A stretch of 64,000 bases of DNA from Carcharhinus longimanus (lineage: Eukaryota), in assembly GCA_030264375.1 (NCBI GenBank), contig JASCQW010000122.1:11620116-11684115 (forward strand). Direction: 5' to 3'. The position numbers were made by a program, and so were the translations under genes. Shown one piece after another: positions 1-12,063 of this stretch. Position 1 is the stretch's first letter, and every line of letters begins with the position of its first letter. The notes beneath the pieces are model-generated. The model was not told the origin of the DNA. It did no database searches and was given only the letters and a program-made list of their open reading frames with translations.

Positions 1-637
1 CATCACCCACTGACATTCAATGGCATTACCATTGCAGTATCCCCCACAATCAATAAGTTGGGGTTACCATTTACCAGAAATTAAACTGGTTTGATAATAT
101 AAATACTATGGTTGCAAAAGAGGTAAGAAATCTTGAGGCAAGTAACTCCCCAAATCCTAAACATCTGCAAGACATAAGTTAGGGATGTGATAGAATTCTC
201 TCCACTTGCCTGGACAAGTGCAGCCCCAACAACACTCAAGAAGTTGGACAACATTCAGAACAAAACAGCCCTGTTTATTGACACCTCTTCCACAAATATT
301 CACTTCCTCCATCACTGACAAATAATGGCAGCAGTGTGTTTGCCCTTCAAGATGCGTGGCAGAAAGTCACTAAGGTTCCTTAGGCAGCATCTAACCCGTG
401 AGCGTTGCCATCTGGAAGGACAAGGGCATCAGACACATGGGAGTGCCACCACTTGGGAGTTCTCCTCCAGGTCACTCACCACTCTGGCTTAGAAATATAT
501 TGCTGTCCTTTCACTGGGTTAAAATCAGGGAACTCCCTTCCTCACAACTCCATAGGCGCACGTCGAACCACAGGGACAGCAGTAGTTCAACAAAGCAGCT
601 CACTGCCGCTTTCTCAAAGGCAGTTAGTGATGGGCAA
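1..637 (+). mobile_element. CR1-clade LINE 3' portion, decayed (tail resumes at 5758..5815)
   Basis: Degenerate RT C-terminal reading (PLTFNGITI...LGVTI.QKLNW...); same family at 31540..32085 and 58680..58900. Confidence 0.75.
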
Positions 638-1669
638 TGTTATGATGGCCACAAAGACTACGAGCTCCCTTATTGAGCAGATAGAGATTTCCCAATAGGA
701 AGCATTCATTGGGGGCTTTTAAACCTGTTCCTTCATCCGGGCCATTGTAGGTCCCCAGGTGTTGAATTACCTAGCTGTGTGCCGCAGGAGTGGCCTCTTT
801 CTTGCTACATAAAATAGATGAGAGGAACTGGCATTTTGCTGAATTACCACAATGGTGATGAGGGGAAAAAAAGTTCCATCTCTCCTCCGGACAACCTCTA
901 AGTCAAGAACCTTCTCTGGTAAGAAAAGGCTATTATGCCTCTTTTCGAGAAACTTGGACCCTATGATACCAGTGGGGAAAAGGAGTCCAGTATACTGAGT
1001 GCACCTGTTACTACTTCCATGCTAACAATGTTGAAGGAGACTGAAAACAGAAGGTGATGTTGATGATAGCCTTGACTTTCAGCTTGATAAAAAGCCTTAC
1101 TTATCTGGATGCTCCTGACTAAAAAACTGGTAGATCTCTTTTTTAAAAAAACATTATGACCCAAAGCCCTCTGTAATCCTTCAGAAATATCACTTCAACA
1201 TGGCTGGGAGAACTCCTGGGGAAGCTGTCACTGAGTTCTTGGCAAGATTGCAGAAATTGGCCAAAGATTGCAGATTTGGACCGCCTCTTAATGCAAGACA
1301 ATTTGGTATGTGGCAGAAATGACCTAACCACCCAAAATGGCTGGGTGAGACCTTTCATTCTGGTTATGCAAGAGGTTCCACTCCCACTTTTTCTTTAATT
1401 GTGACCTTCTCAGAACATATTTGTGTTGTATGCAATTGGAAATTTATTGATTCCTCAGTCCTGTATTTGTTTGCAGCGAAGTCTGAAGATGACACTAGAA
1501 TTATAATTGGACAGATACGGGGATTGGAAAAACTAGCTCTTTAGATGTTGAGGATCAGAAGTGATTTAATTGAATAGTTTCAGGTGATTAAAGGATTTGA
1601 CAAGGCAGATAGGTAGAAATTACCTCCTGTGGTAAGAAGCCCAGAAAGAGACAACATAAGTTGGAGTGG

Positions 1670-1958
1670 TGAGGCAGCACCTACAGCACAGTGCCAGGGA
1701 CCTGGGTTCGATTCCCTGCCTCGGGTCACTGTCTGGACCCGACAGTTTGGAGTTTGCATGTTCTCTCTGTGTTTGTGTCGGTTTCATCCCACAGTCCAAA
1801 GGTGTGCAGGTTAGTTTGATTGGCCATGCTAAATAGTCCCTTAATGTCAAAGGATTAGCAGGGTAAATACAGAGGTTGACAGGGATAGGGTCTGGGTGGG
1901 ATTGTTTTTGCAGGCTCAATTGGTCAAATGGCCTCCTTCTGCACTGTAGAGATTCTCT
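1670..1958 (+). mobile_element. HE1-like V-SINE
   Basis: tRNA-like head (gggttcgattcc), central domain ggagtttgca...cccacagtccaaa, CR1-type tail. Confidence 0.8.
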
Positions 1959-2479
1959 GAAAATAAGCTATTAGCAGAACCTGATTTGGATTTAAAGATA
2001 GCCATTGAAATAGCCTTATCACCTTAGGATGCAGAAAAAGGTGCACAGGAACTGCAGGGGACATCAGGCAGCAATGCCTTGTAACTAGGGGAGGGACCTC
2101 ATATGAGTGTAAAAATGCCACAGTCCCAGATGACCATAGACTGCTNNNNNNNNNNCCCCTTTGAGGGGCAGAGCTGACTTGAATGGTAGTGATTTAACCC
2201 CAGGCTAGGTGTGAGGTGGAGAAGGTTTATACAGAACCTTGTGTCAATTAATCCTCAAAGGAGAGTGATTGTGTAAACTAGGTGTTAAAGGCCGTCTGTC
2301 ACTATAGGAACCCGAATGTCCCCACCTGTCAGTCAAGGAAAGGCAGTGACGACACTCAGAGTATTACAGAATATACTGCAGAAAGTTGTAATTGCCGGAT
2401 GATAGATTATTGCAAGCTCTGTCAAAGGACACGGCTGAGATGAAGTTTTAGGAACAGGTAAAACTTCCTGTTTCACCTA

Positions 2480-2671
2480 AATCACTGTCTGTGAGGAGTC
2501 TGCACCCTGTGTGTGTGTGTGTGGGTTTCCCCCCACATTCTGAAAGATGTGCTGGTTAGGTGCATTAACCTGAACAGGCGCCAGACTGTGGCAACTAGAG
2601 GAATTTCACAGTAACGTCATTGCAGTGTTAATGTAAGCCTTACTTGTGACCAATAAATAAACTTTAACTTT
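2480..2671 (+). mobile_element. HE1-like SINE, alternative-tail variant
   Basis: Partial central domain followed by cacagtaac.tcattgcagtgttaatgtaagccttacttgtgac...aataaataaacttt. Confidence 0.7.
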
Positions 2672-3376
2672 ATAATTCGGCCCACGCAATTTGTGGAATG
2701 GGCTGCCCCATCGTCCCTGTTCTTAAGCCCGACAAATCAGTTCAATTCTGTGGGGATTATCGATTAAGAGTTAATCAGATCTTCAAACTCTATCGGTATC
2801 CCTTGCCCTGAATTCAAGATTTGTATGCTAAGTTCGCAGACGGCAAGACATTTTCCAAGGTGGACATGAGCAGGCCTATCCTCAGCTTGAATTGTACAAG
2901 TCCTCCCGGAAATAGGTGACGATCAGCACGCATAAGGGACTCTATGAATATACCCACTTTTGTGGTCTCATCAACATGTACCGTATTCCGAAGAGTAATG
3001 GAGAACATCCTCCATAGGGTACCCAAGGTTGCAACGACATTGTGCCACATTGAGCTAGCTAGTCCCAAATATGGCAAGGAGGCTGGAGTTCCAACAAGAA
3101 AACCAAAAAAGAAATTGCAATTCTGCCAGAACAGAAAGAACTTTCTCAGTGTGTTTCTGGTTCACTTGAGAAACTTTGGGGTAGTCCCAGTTGAGTCCCT
3201 GGGATCATTATGGAGAAAACAGGATCAGTATCATATAAAGTCAAAGTTCAGGTAAAACCTTAAACAATGCAAAGGACTTTCTCACAATGGGGATGCTGGG
3301 AGAGACTCTGACCTAAGATGGGAGGGATGTTATGATGGCCACGGGGGGTCATCGATAGATCTCCCTGTGGGAGTCA

Positions 3377-4580
3377 TAAGTTTACAGCATGGAAACAACT
3401 TGTCTATGCTGCCCAGTTTTTACCACTGAGCTCGTCCCAATTGCCCACGTTTGGCCTATATTCCTCTATGTTACCCATGTAACTGCCTAAATGCTTTTTA
3501 GAAAACAAAATTGTACCTGTCTGTACGACTGCCTCTGGCAACTCGTTCCAGACTCTCACCACCCTCTGAGTGAAAAAAATGTCCCATCTGGATCTTTTTG
3601 TATCTCTCCCCTCTCACCATAAACCTATGTTCACTAATTTTAGACTCCCCTACCTTTGGGAAAAGATCTTGACTATCTACCTGATCTATGTCCCTCATTA
3701 TTTTGTAGACCTCTATAAGATCACCCCTAAGTCTTCTATGCTTCAGGGAAAAAGTTCCAGCCTCTCCAGCCTGTCCTTATAACTCAAACCATCAAGTCTC
3801 GGTAGCATCCTAGTAAATCTTTTCTGCACTCTTTCTAGTTTAATAATATCCCTCCTGATAATGTAGGGTGACCAGAATTGCACACAGTATTCCAAGTGTG
3901 GCCTTACCAATATCTTGTACAATTTCAACAAGATGTCCCAACTCCTGTATTCAGTGTTCTGCCCGATGAAACCAAGCATGCCGAATGCCTTCTTTACCAC
4001 TCTGTCCACCTGTGACTCCACTTTTAAGGAGCTATGAACATGTACTCCCTAGATCTCTTTGTCCTGTAACTCTTCCCACTGCCCTACCATTAACTGATTA
4101 AGTCCTGCCCTGGTTCAATCTACCAAAATGCATCACTCGCATTTGTCTAACTTAAACTCCATCTGCCATTCGTCAGCCCACTGGCCCAATTGATCAAGAT
4201 CCTGTTACAATTGGAGATAACTTTCTTTATTGTCCACTATGCCACCAATCTTAGTGTCATCTGCAAACTTACCAACCATGCCTCCTATATTCTCATTCAA
4301 ATCATTAATATAAATGACAATTAACAGCGGACCTGGCACTGATCCCTGAGGTGCACTGCTGGTCACAGCCCTCCAGTTTAAAGAACAACTCTCTACAACC
4401 ACCCTCTGGCTTCTGTCAAGAAGCCAAATTTGTATCCATTTAAATATCTCAGCTTGGATCCAGTGAGATTTAACTTTATGCAACAACCTACCATGCAGTA
4501 CTTTGTCAAAGACCTTGCTAAAGTCCATTAGACAGCATCAACTGCACTGCCCTCATCTACCTTCTTGGTTACCCCTCCAA
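3377..4580 (-). mobile_element. CR1 LINE 3' fragment (RT relic)
   Basis: ORF track: DFSKVFDKV, PQGSVPGPLL, KFADDTKIGG, LYKILVRPHLEYCVQFWSP. Confidence 0.92.
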
Positions 4581-4729
4581 AAATCTCAACCAAAAATTAT
4601 TTGAACATTGACAGAGTTGAACCCCTTTCTGTTCACAAAGACACCTGGTTCACCCACTGGCACTTTGCTGGCCTCATGCGTGCAGTCTATGGCATCCCAG
4701 ATGCAGGAGTGTGTAGCAATTGCTGCAAT

Positions 4730-5545
4730 TCCACAGGCTCACCACTCTTTGGGTGAAGAAATGTCTCCTCACCTCTGTCCTAAATGGTCTACCCTGAATC
4801 CTCNNNNNNNNNNNNNNNNNNNNNNNNNNNNNNNNNNNNNNNNNNNNNNNNNNNNNNNNNNNNNNNNNNNNNNNNNNNNNNNNNNNNNNNNNNNNNNNNN
4901 NNNAGGGTGACCTGAACTTTACACAATATTCCAAGTATGGTCTTACTAATGTCTTGTACAACTTCAAGACGTCCAGACTCCTGTATTCAATGTTCTGACC
5001 ATTGAAACCAAGCATGCTGAATGTCTTTTTCACCACCCTGTCTACCTGTGACTCCACTTTCAAGGAACTATGAACCTGTACTTCTAGATCTTTGTTCTGT
5101 GACTCTCCCTAGTGCCCTACCATTAACTGAGTAGTTCCTACCCCAATTCAGTCTACCAAAATACATACCTCATATTTAGCTAAATTAAACTCCATCTGCC
5201 ATTCATTAGGCCACTGGCTCAATTGATCAAGATCCCCTTGCAATCCTAGATAACCTTCTTCACTGTTCACTATGCCACTAATCTTGATGTCACCTGCAAA
5301 CTTACTAACCATGCCTCCTAAATTCTCATCCAAATAATTAATATAAATAACAAATAACAGTGGACTCAGCACTGATCTCTGAGGCACACCACTGGTCACA
5401 GGCCTCCAGTTTGAAAAACAACCCTGTGCAACCATCCTTTGTCTTCTGTCGTCAAGCCAATTTTGTATATCCGATTGGCTATCTCATGTGGATCCTGTGA
5501 GATTTAATCTTATGCAACAATCTGACATGTGGTACGTTGTCAAAA
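4730..5545 (-). mobile_element. Second CR1 LINE fragment
   Basis: [19 protein letters not shown] and LYKTLVRPYLEYC motifs; contains an N gap. Confidence 0.9.
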
Positions 5546-5829
5546 GCAAGTACGAGCTCCCATATTGAGCAGGCGGAGACATGCCCAATAGGAAGTTTTC
5601 AATGGGGGCTTTTAAACCTGTCAGTTCACCGGTATAGTTGTTATAGGTCTCCAAGTATTGCACTTACCTAATTGTGAGCCATGGGAGTGGTCTGTTTCTT
5701 GGTACACAAAAAAGGGTGTTTGGTTCTGGGAATCTGATGTTTGGCTAAATTATTACAGACAATGAATACTTGTCTAGTCAGTGGCACCTACATTCTGTAA
5801 ATTAATTTAAAAAATCTATTTGCTTCAAC

Positions 5830-6120
5830 CATTCCCTATACCTCAGAGTCCTGTATTCCTTTGAATTCCCAACCGGGTTTATTGGTAACTATCTTATATT
5901 GATGGCTGCTGGTTATGTTCTTCTGCACCAGAGGAAGTGTTCTCTCTGTATCCACCCTGTCAAAACCTTTGATAATTTTAAAGACCTGTATTTGGTCATC
6001 CTTTGGTTTTTTTGTCAAGGGAAAAGAGATGCAACCTGCCAATCTTTGCTGTTACGTATATCCATGCATTTCTGATATCATCCTTGTTAATCTTCTCTGT
6101 GCCCTGACTTGTGCTGCTAT
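5830..6120 (-). mobile_element. Old CR1 3' fragment
   Basis: ORF track IQVFKIIKGFDRVD matches CR1 ORF2 C-terminus. Confidence 0.7.
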
Positions 6121-6142
6121 GTTTTCTGAGGATAGCACACAC

Positions 6143-6269
6143 AGGGCGGGATTTTACGGCCTTGCTCATCCCGAAACCGTAAAATCCCACCCCAGGTCAA
6201 TGGAGCTTCCCATTGTCTGCCCCCACCTGTTTCGATTCCCGTGGCAGGCGGGGCAGTAAAATCCCAGCC
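6143..6269. mobile_element. Short MITE-like element with terminal inverted repeats
   Basis: Starts gggcggggattttacggc and ends gcagtaaaatcccagcc (mutual reverse complements); relatives at about 29865..29982 and 59607..59743. Confidence 0.7.
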
Positions 6270-6679
6270 ACAGACTCAAAACATTCACTTTATTTTCTCT
6301 TTCCACAGACGCTACCAGATCTGCTAAGATTTGCCAGAATTTTCTGTTCTATGTTTTCTGAGGTTTGGTCCCAAACTGAACAAATAGATCTGGATAGGGT
6401 CTGGTCAAAGATTTGGACAGCTGATACATCCCTTCCTCACTTTTGTATTCATACCATCTTGCAGCAGAGGGCAGCATCTTTGTGCAATATCTTAAAGTGG
6501 TTGAGTATATAGACTCCTGATTCCCTTGTCTCGCACCATTAAGAAAGCATTTCCATTTTTCTTTCTTGGAATCCAAAAGGAATAAATTCACACTTCCCCA
6601 CGTTGATCTCTATTTGCCAATGTTTTGAGCAGTCACTTGGCCGATCTATATTTCTTCCTAACCTCCTGATTCCAGAGTC

Positions 6680-6982
6680 AGCAGTGACTCCGTTTATAAC
6701 ATTGTTATCTCTGAGTCACAAAGTTCTGGATTCAAATCTAAAAAGATTTCTGTATTGTCAGAAATACCATTCTTCAGAGGAGATATTAAACCGAGGATCA
6801 GTTGCAGGTGGATTAAAATATCCTATTGCACCATTTGAAGAGGAAGAGAGGAACTCCCTGATTTCCCAGTCACTTTTTATACCTTTATCAACTTCACTAC
6901 TAAACAGATTGCTTAATCCAACGTAAGAGGAAGCTTGCTATGCACAAATTGTCGCAACATTTCCTACACTACAAAAGTGACA
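6680..6982 (+). mobile_element. Decayed Deu-domain SINE (SacSINE1/AmnSINE1-like)
   Basis: gagat.ttaaaccgagg, tttgaagag, cttgct.tgcacaaatt...ttcctaca.taca motifs; recognised from memory. Confidence 0.6.
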
Positions 6983-7796
6983 AGATGTTCTGGTTACCCG
7001 ATTTATAAAAAGGATACAGCAGCACAGGTCAGATGCAATGCAGCAGTGCCTCACAGTTTCCTTCTGGGACGTGGAAGAAGACTCCTATTGCTTATCTCTC
7101 TCCCTCTCAGTCTCTTTTATTCCTTGGTTTCTGTCCCTGGTAGGTTTGGCCTGGCAGGTGTTACCAGCTCAGGGCAGATATCCTGGTTGCACTGGAATGA
7201 CATAGAAAGAGACAAGTCTCCTGTTCCATTTTAAACAGAGTTAAAGTCCAGGCTTGAATGTCTTCAGTTTTTTCATTTAAAGTAAGAGGTCAATTTAATT
7301 GTTTGTTATCTTCTGGTAATCATCAAGGTGGGCTTCTTGGGATGTTAAAACAAAGATCATTAGATTTGAAAAAGGATTTCAAAGGATTGTTCATTAAGAG
7401 ATTTGAAATTCCATAGGGTCCAAGAATAGCACCATTATAAGTAGCTGTCTGCGTGGTGTAATGTTATCTTGGGATATAAAAAATTAATTTGATTGTAGCT
7501 TTTAATAGCCAAAAAAAATCCCTGTTGTTAAGATGGAAGAGTTAAGAGGATGACCCTGCAAATGAATAGATATACTCAACTAACATTCACTAAAACTTAT
7601 TTGCAACTGAGTATTTTCAGAAGAGTAAGTGCTGATTACACTGAATGTTTATAAAGGCAAAATAGAATGACGCATTACTCCCCTCAGTGCAACTTTAGTA
7701 ATTTCAATGTTGTTATACTGGCCATTCAGCTCAACCTGAAATCTCAGCACCATAGGATATGTAAATCATAATCGTTTCTGTTGTATATGTGCAGTA

Positions 7797-8017
7797 TAGG
7801 GGTCTTGTTGCACAGTGGTAGCATCCCTAACTCTGAGTTCAAATCCCATTCCAGACCTCAGTTGGCAGAAATTGTGTTTATAATGTGGCCAAGCAGGTTG
7901 ATTATCAGACTGTAAATTATTCCAATACACATGATGGAGAGTTTTCTGGTCAGTCTCACCATAGAAGGCTGAACATAATTATGGAACTGCTTGCATTGCC
8001 CTCTCAGGAGAGGAGGA
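7797..8017 (+). mobile_element. Decayed tRNA-derived SINE, third family (copies at about 18995..19195 and 55590..55810)
   Basis: A/B-box-like head and shared body ...ccttccaa.aca...tggcag...tcctggtcagc among three copies in this window. Confidence 0.55.
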
Positions 8018-8089
8018 TATGGATCAGTATTACTGGTGCCAACAAATAATCCTGATATTGTGATACTTTCTCATTGACGTGTCAGTCTT

Positions 8090-8325
8090 TGTTTTTTTTT
8101 AATTCATGGGATCTGTAGTGATAGACGTAGTGGGCATCACTGGGTGGGCCAGCATTTATTGCACTTCCCTAGGACTGGGGCTTATACAACAATCATTAGA
8201 CTTTTAATTCCAGATTTTTACTGGATTGAAATTTCACCATCTGCAATGGCGGGTTTCAAATCCAGATCCCCTGAGCGTTACCCTAGATTACTGGTCTAGT
8301 GATAGTACCACTTAGCCACCACCTC
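8090..8325 (-). mobile_element. tRNA-derived SINE sharing its 3' tail with the CR1-clade LINE
   Basis: Minus-strand head ggtggctaagtggta...; tail aataaatgctggccc...; fragments also near 25600, 37440, 52075 and 52855. Confidence 0.6.
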
Positions 8326-9747
8326 TCCCAACTACAGCTGACACATTAAAAGATTACACTTCAACTGGTGCAAGGAAAGGGTTGATAGATCGGTGGTGTT
8401 TACATTTGAAGTGCAGAAAGAATATTGCCCCAAAGACCACATCCACTAAAAATGGTGGAGAGGATTGGATGGTTCAATCCTATTCCTTTGTATCCTGTGC
8501 CTGCTTTCAGGGAAGAATGGATAATGTTGAAGTTCTCCATGTTTTAATGACTCTTCAATGTAGATATAATTTAAGATGAGCAGTTGTTGTATATCTGATG
8601 AATCAGTTTTAGGGCCAGATTTCCATCTAGGTATGGATGCAGTGTTTGGTGCATGCATGACTACCTTTTCTCAGGTGGGAATACCTAGTGTACAAAACTC
8701 ATACCTGCCCCTGCTGCGTTCGGTCCCCATTTTAAATGGGAAAACAAAGGTCAGAGTTCCTCCTGAATGTCATTTTTAGTTGGTGGTGTGGGATTTTGGA
8801 TGACCGTTAAAAATAGGCCAGGTTTGAGAGCTCATGAAAAAAATGAAAAGCCTCCTGAGGATCCTGGGATAGCCAATGGTAGGCTGCCTCTACTGCCACG
8901 AAACGCATGGTGGGTTGTGTGGAAAATTCCAGCCACTGCGCTAGAAAACCTTGGTGGGCCCTTAAACCAGCTTGCCTCCACATCCACAATCTGAAAGGTA
9001 AATGTGAAGTGATTGCACACCTTCAGTTGTCACTATTAGGTGATGTATTGAAATGTGGATGTGTTTTTAATGTAGTCATTCATAGGGATCTATCCTGTAA
9101 AGATAAGCTGATCCATGCAATGAACAGCTATGTGTATTTGTTCACATCCATTGCCAAGAAAATGCTTGACAGTGGCATATTGGGTCTTTCATAGGACTAG
9201 TAACCCCGGGGCTCATGTCCTGGGAACATGGGCTCAAAGCAAGGTTTTGTTTTCAAATGTCAAATGTGTTGTTTCTCTGAGTCAGTTACATGCAGGCTTT
9301 TAATGGATGGTGTATATTTTTTCCCCAAGGAATGTAAAAGTTTTCCAGTGAAGTTTTCCTGCACTCTGAGGTTTATATATAGTGCATACTGAGTGAGTGA
9401 CAATGGAGGGTACACAAAGGCATACAGGTGGCTTGAGGAATATGAGGGCATATGGAAGATTCATGGGATTGAAGAGGTGGCATTGGTGATCTGAGGGGGC
9501 ATTGAGCATATGTGGAGGATACATGGACGTTGGATAGCATGGGCTATCTGAGGCAATAGGGGCTGGCATGGGGAAGTTGGTGGGGAGTGAGTGAAATGAG
9601 GGCGAGGTGTAGGGGGTCTTTAAACACTGTTAGAAACTGATATATTGGCCAGAATTCATGGCAGGATCTTCTGCTTCCGCTGACAGAACACCCCTGCTGC
9701 CGGTTTCCCAGTGGCAACGGGCGCATTCAGTGGGAAACAATGGAAGG

Positions 9748-10158
9748 CATGATTTGGAAGTGCTAGCATTGGACTAGGGTAACCACAGCAAGAAATCTCA
9801 CAACACCAGGTTAGAGTCTAACAGGTTTATTTGGCAGCACAAGCTTTTGGAGTCTCAGGCTCCTTCTTCAGGTGAGACTCTGAAAGCTTGTGCTACCAAA
9901 TATTCTCTGCCCGTTGAAGTGGTGGAGGCTGCCTCGCTAAATATTTTTAAGACATGGGTTGATGGGGTTTTGATAAGTGAGGGGATTAAGGGTTATGGGG
10001 AGAGGGCGGGAATGTGGAACTGAGCCACGACAGATCAGCCATGATCTTATTGAATAGCGGGGCAGGCTCGAAGGGCTAGATGGCCTACTCCTGCTCCTAT
10101 TTCTTATGTTCAAATAAACCTGTTGGACTTCAACCTGGTGTTGTGAGACTACTTACTG
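9748..10158. mobile_element. Palindromic Penelope-derived element with nested CR1 tail (9903..10110)
   Basis: Arms 9748..9856 and 9874..9902 plus 10117..10158 are reverse complements; CR1 insert flanked by caaata on both sides. Confidence 0.75.
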
Positions 10159-11604
10159 GGCAGTGGAAGGATCAGAGTACCCTGCCACCAGCCAATGGTA
10201 GGCTGCCTCTACTGCTGCGAAACGCATGGTGGGTTGTGTGGAAAATTCCACCCACTGTGTTGGAGATGCTTGGTGGGCCCTTAAACCAGCTCACCTCCAC
10301 ACCCACAGTCCTCTAGTGCTCCAGGGAGGCTCACAAACTGTGCTGCAAACCCAACCCCAGTGTGAAAAAACACAAATGACTGTGAAGTCAAACATAGGCT
10401 GGGAACCACAAAGCTACACAAGTCAGGATCTCCTGAGCCCAGAGGAAGATCAGTCCTTGGTCTCCATTCTAACCATAAGTAAACCTTTCAATTTTGAAAT
10501 AAAAGTGGGAAATGCTGGCAGCGTGTGTGGAAAAGCAAACAGAGGTAAAATTTCAGATTGAGGATCAGTTAACGGTGTCTCTTCACCAATGCCATTTGAT
10601 CTAATATTTCCAGCCTTTAGTTATTCTATTTCATGTTTTCAACATCTGCAATATTTAGCATTTATTATTTTAATATCTGCCTAAATGGAAGTAACAATTA
10701 TTTTAAATTTTGTTCTCTGTCACATTCAGTTTAATATTTAGGACTTGCTCCAGATCAGATCCATATTTTGAATTTAGTTAGCATGATATTTGTCTCTGCA
10801 AATAAATTTAGTTTTTAGAATCTGTTAAAAGTAGATATGCTTAAACTATCTGCCATAATGGCTTACTTTATTTTGTGGATGGTCCAACAGTGCAAAATAA
10901 TACACATCAGTGACATTTTTGGGTCTGTATTATTTGATTTTTAAAAGATATGTTTTTGATTTCACAGGGTACCAGGGCTACATCGTGGTTTTGCAGGCAC
11001 TTGGTCATTGTTAAGGGTTTGTATATCAATTTGTCTTTCCAAGAGTGTTAACATTGGATTATGTCTCTTATTTTCTATATTTGAGGGGAGATGGCTACAT
11101 GTGATGTACTGCTGTTAATCTGCTGTGTTGCTGCTTATCTTTGCTGAATAAATCTGCCTGAAAGCCTGTGCCTTGACTGATGGTGCTTGTTCTATTGCTG
11201 TCAGAAATATTGCGGTCTGTAAGCAGGCTTATGACATATCAAGTAGAATAAGTAGATATTCTGTTGGGTCCCTGTGTTCATTACATTACTGAGTAGTTGA
11301 CTTGGAGGTAAACAAATGCACATCCTGGAGCCAGGATGAACACAAGTAGCACAAATAATTATGTATAAATATATGTATGGTTCACATAATATGTTTCATA
11401 CATGTAAAGCTTCTCAAATATGGTATGTGCTTGAGAAATGGAAGATTTGTAATATGTACATTAAAGAATTAGGGTAATAGTACAGTTTGATAACTGTGTT
11501 TTTATGTATCTAAAGTTGGGTGCAATTTGCCTTCAAATTAAATTAATTTTACTAATGTTTAGTAACTGTAGCACACAAAAAGCCAAAAATGTCCAAGCAA
11601 GCCA

Positions 11605-11790
11605 AAAGCTTGCCTGATTTCAAGAAGAAATTAAATATAGCTCTTGAGGCTAAAGATGTCAAGTGATACTGGGGGGAAGGTGGGATCAGGATATTGAATT
11701 TAATGATCAGCCATGATCAGAATGAAAGGCAGAGCAGGCTCAAAGGGCTGAATGGCCTACTCCTGATTCTACTTTTTATATTTCTATGAT
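11605..11790 (+). mobile_element. CR1 3' tail fragment
   Basis: gatcagccatgatc...aatggcctactcctg...ttctatg tail; similar copy at 58090..58315. Confidence 0.75.
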
Positions 11791-11899
11791 CTAAATTTGG
11801 AACAGCTTGTGAAAAAGTAATTATGTACTCAGCTGTAGTTCTTGTGGCTTGTGACAGCTTGCCACTAAGTTTTTTTGAATTTTGTTTCTTCGGTAAAAG

Positions 11900-12063
11900 A
11901 TGTCTCAGGACGTGAGGTCTGATATCGATTTAAAGGAGCCAAGATGGGATCAGGGGACCTTCATGGGACGAGCAAAGCACTTCTTCATGGTGACTGACCC
12001 CCGCAATGTCCTACTCTCCAGTGAAACATTAGAAGCAGCAAGGACCATTGTAGAGAACTACAA
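11900..12063 (+). CDS. SFXN3: Sideroflexin coding exon 1 ([54 protein letters not shown])
   Basis: Hand translation gives the sideroflexin N-terminal motif EPRWDQxTFxGRAxHFFxVTDPRN. ATG lies directly after a pyrimidine tract and AAG acceptor; donor AA|gtaaga; 164 nt. Family is secure, paralogue (SFXN3 vs SFXN1) less so. Confidence 0.93.

Larger units (their letters stand above)
638..5757 (+). mobile_element. Decayed Ty3/Gypsy LTR retrotransposon with nested insertions
   Basis: 5' LTR 638..851 (TG...CA); PBS-like TGGTGATGAGG at 853; gag relics (about 936-1330 and 1965-2020); RT relic about 2672-3040 (EWAAPIVPVLKPDKSV.FCGDYR...YPLP.I.DLYAK...KTFSKVDM); PPT 3320..3327; split 3' LTR 3328..3376 plus 5546..5757; TSD ggcaa/gacaa. 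Confidence 0.85.

Noticed and set aside
11095-11185. Possible C/D snoRNA (GTGATGT...CTGA)
   Set aside because: Imperfect C box, no terminal stem or guide recognised.
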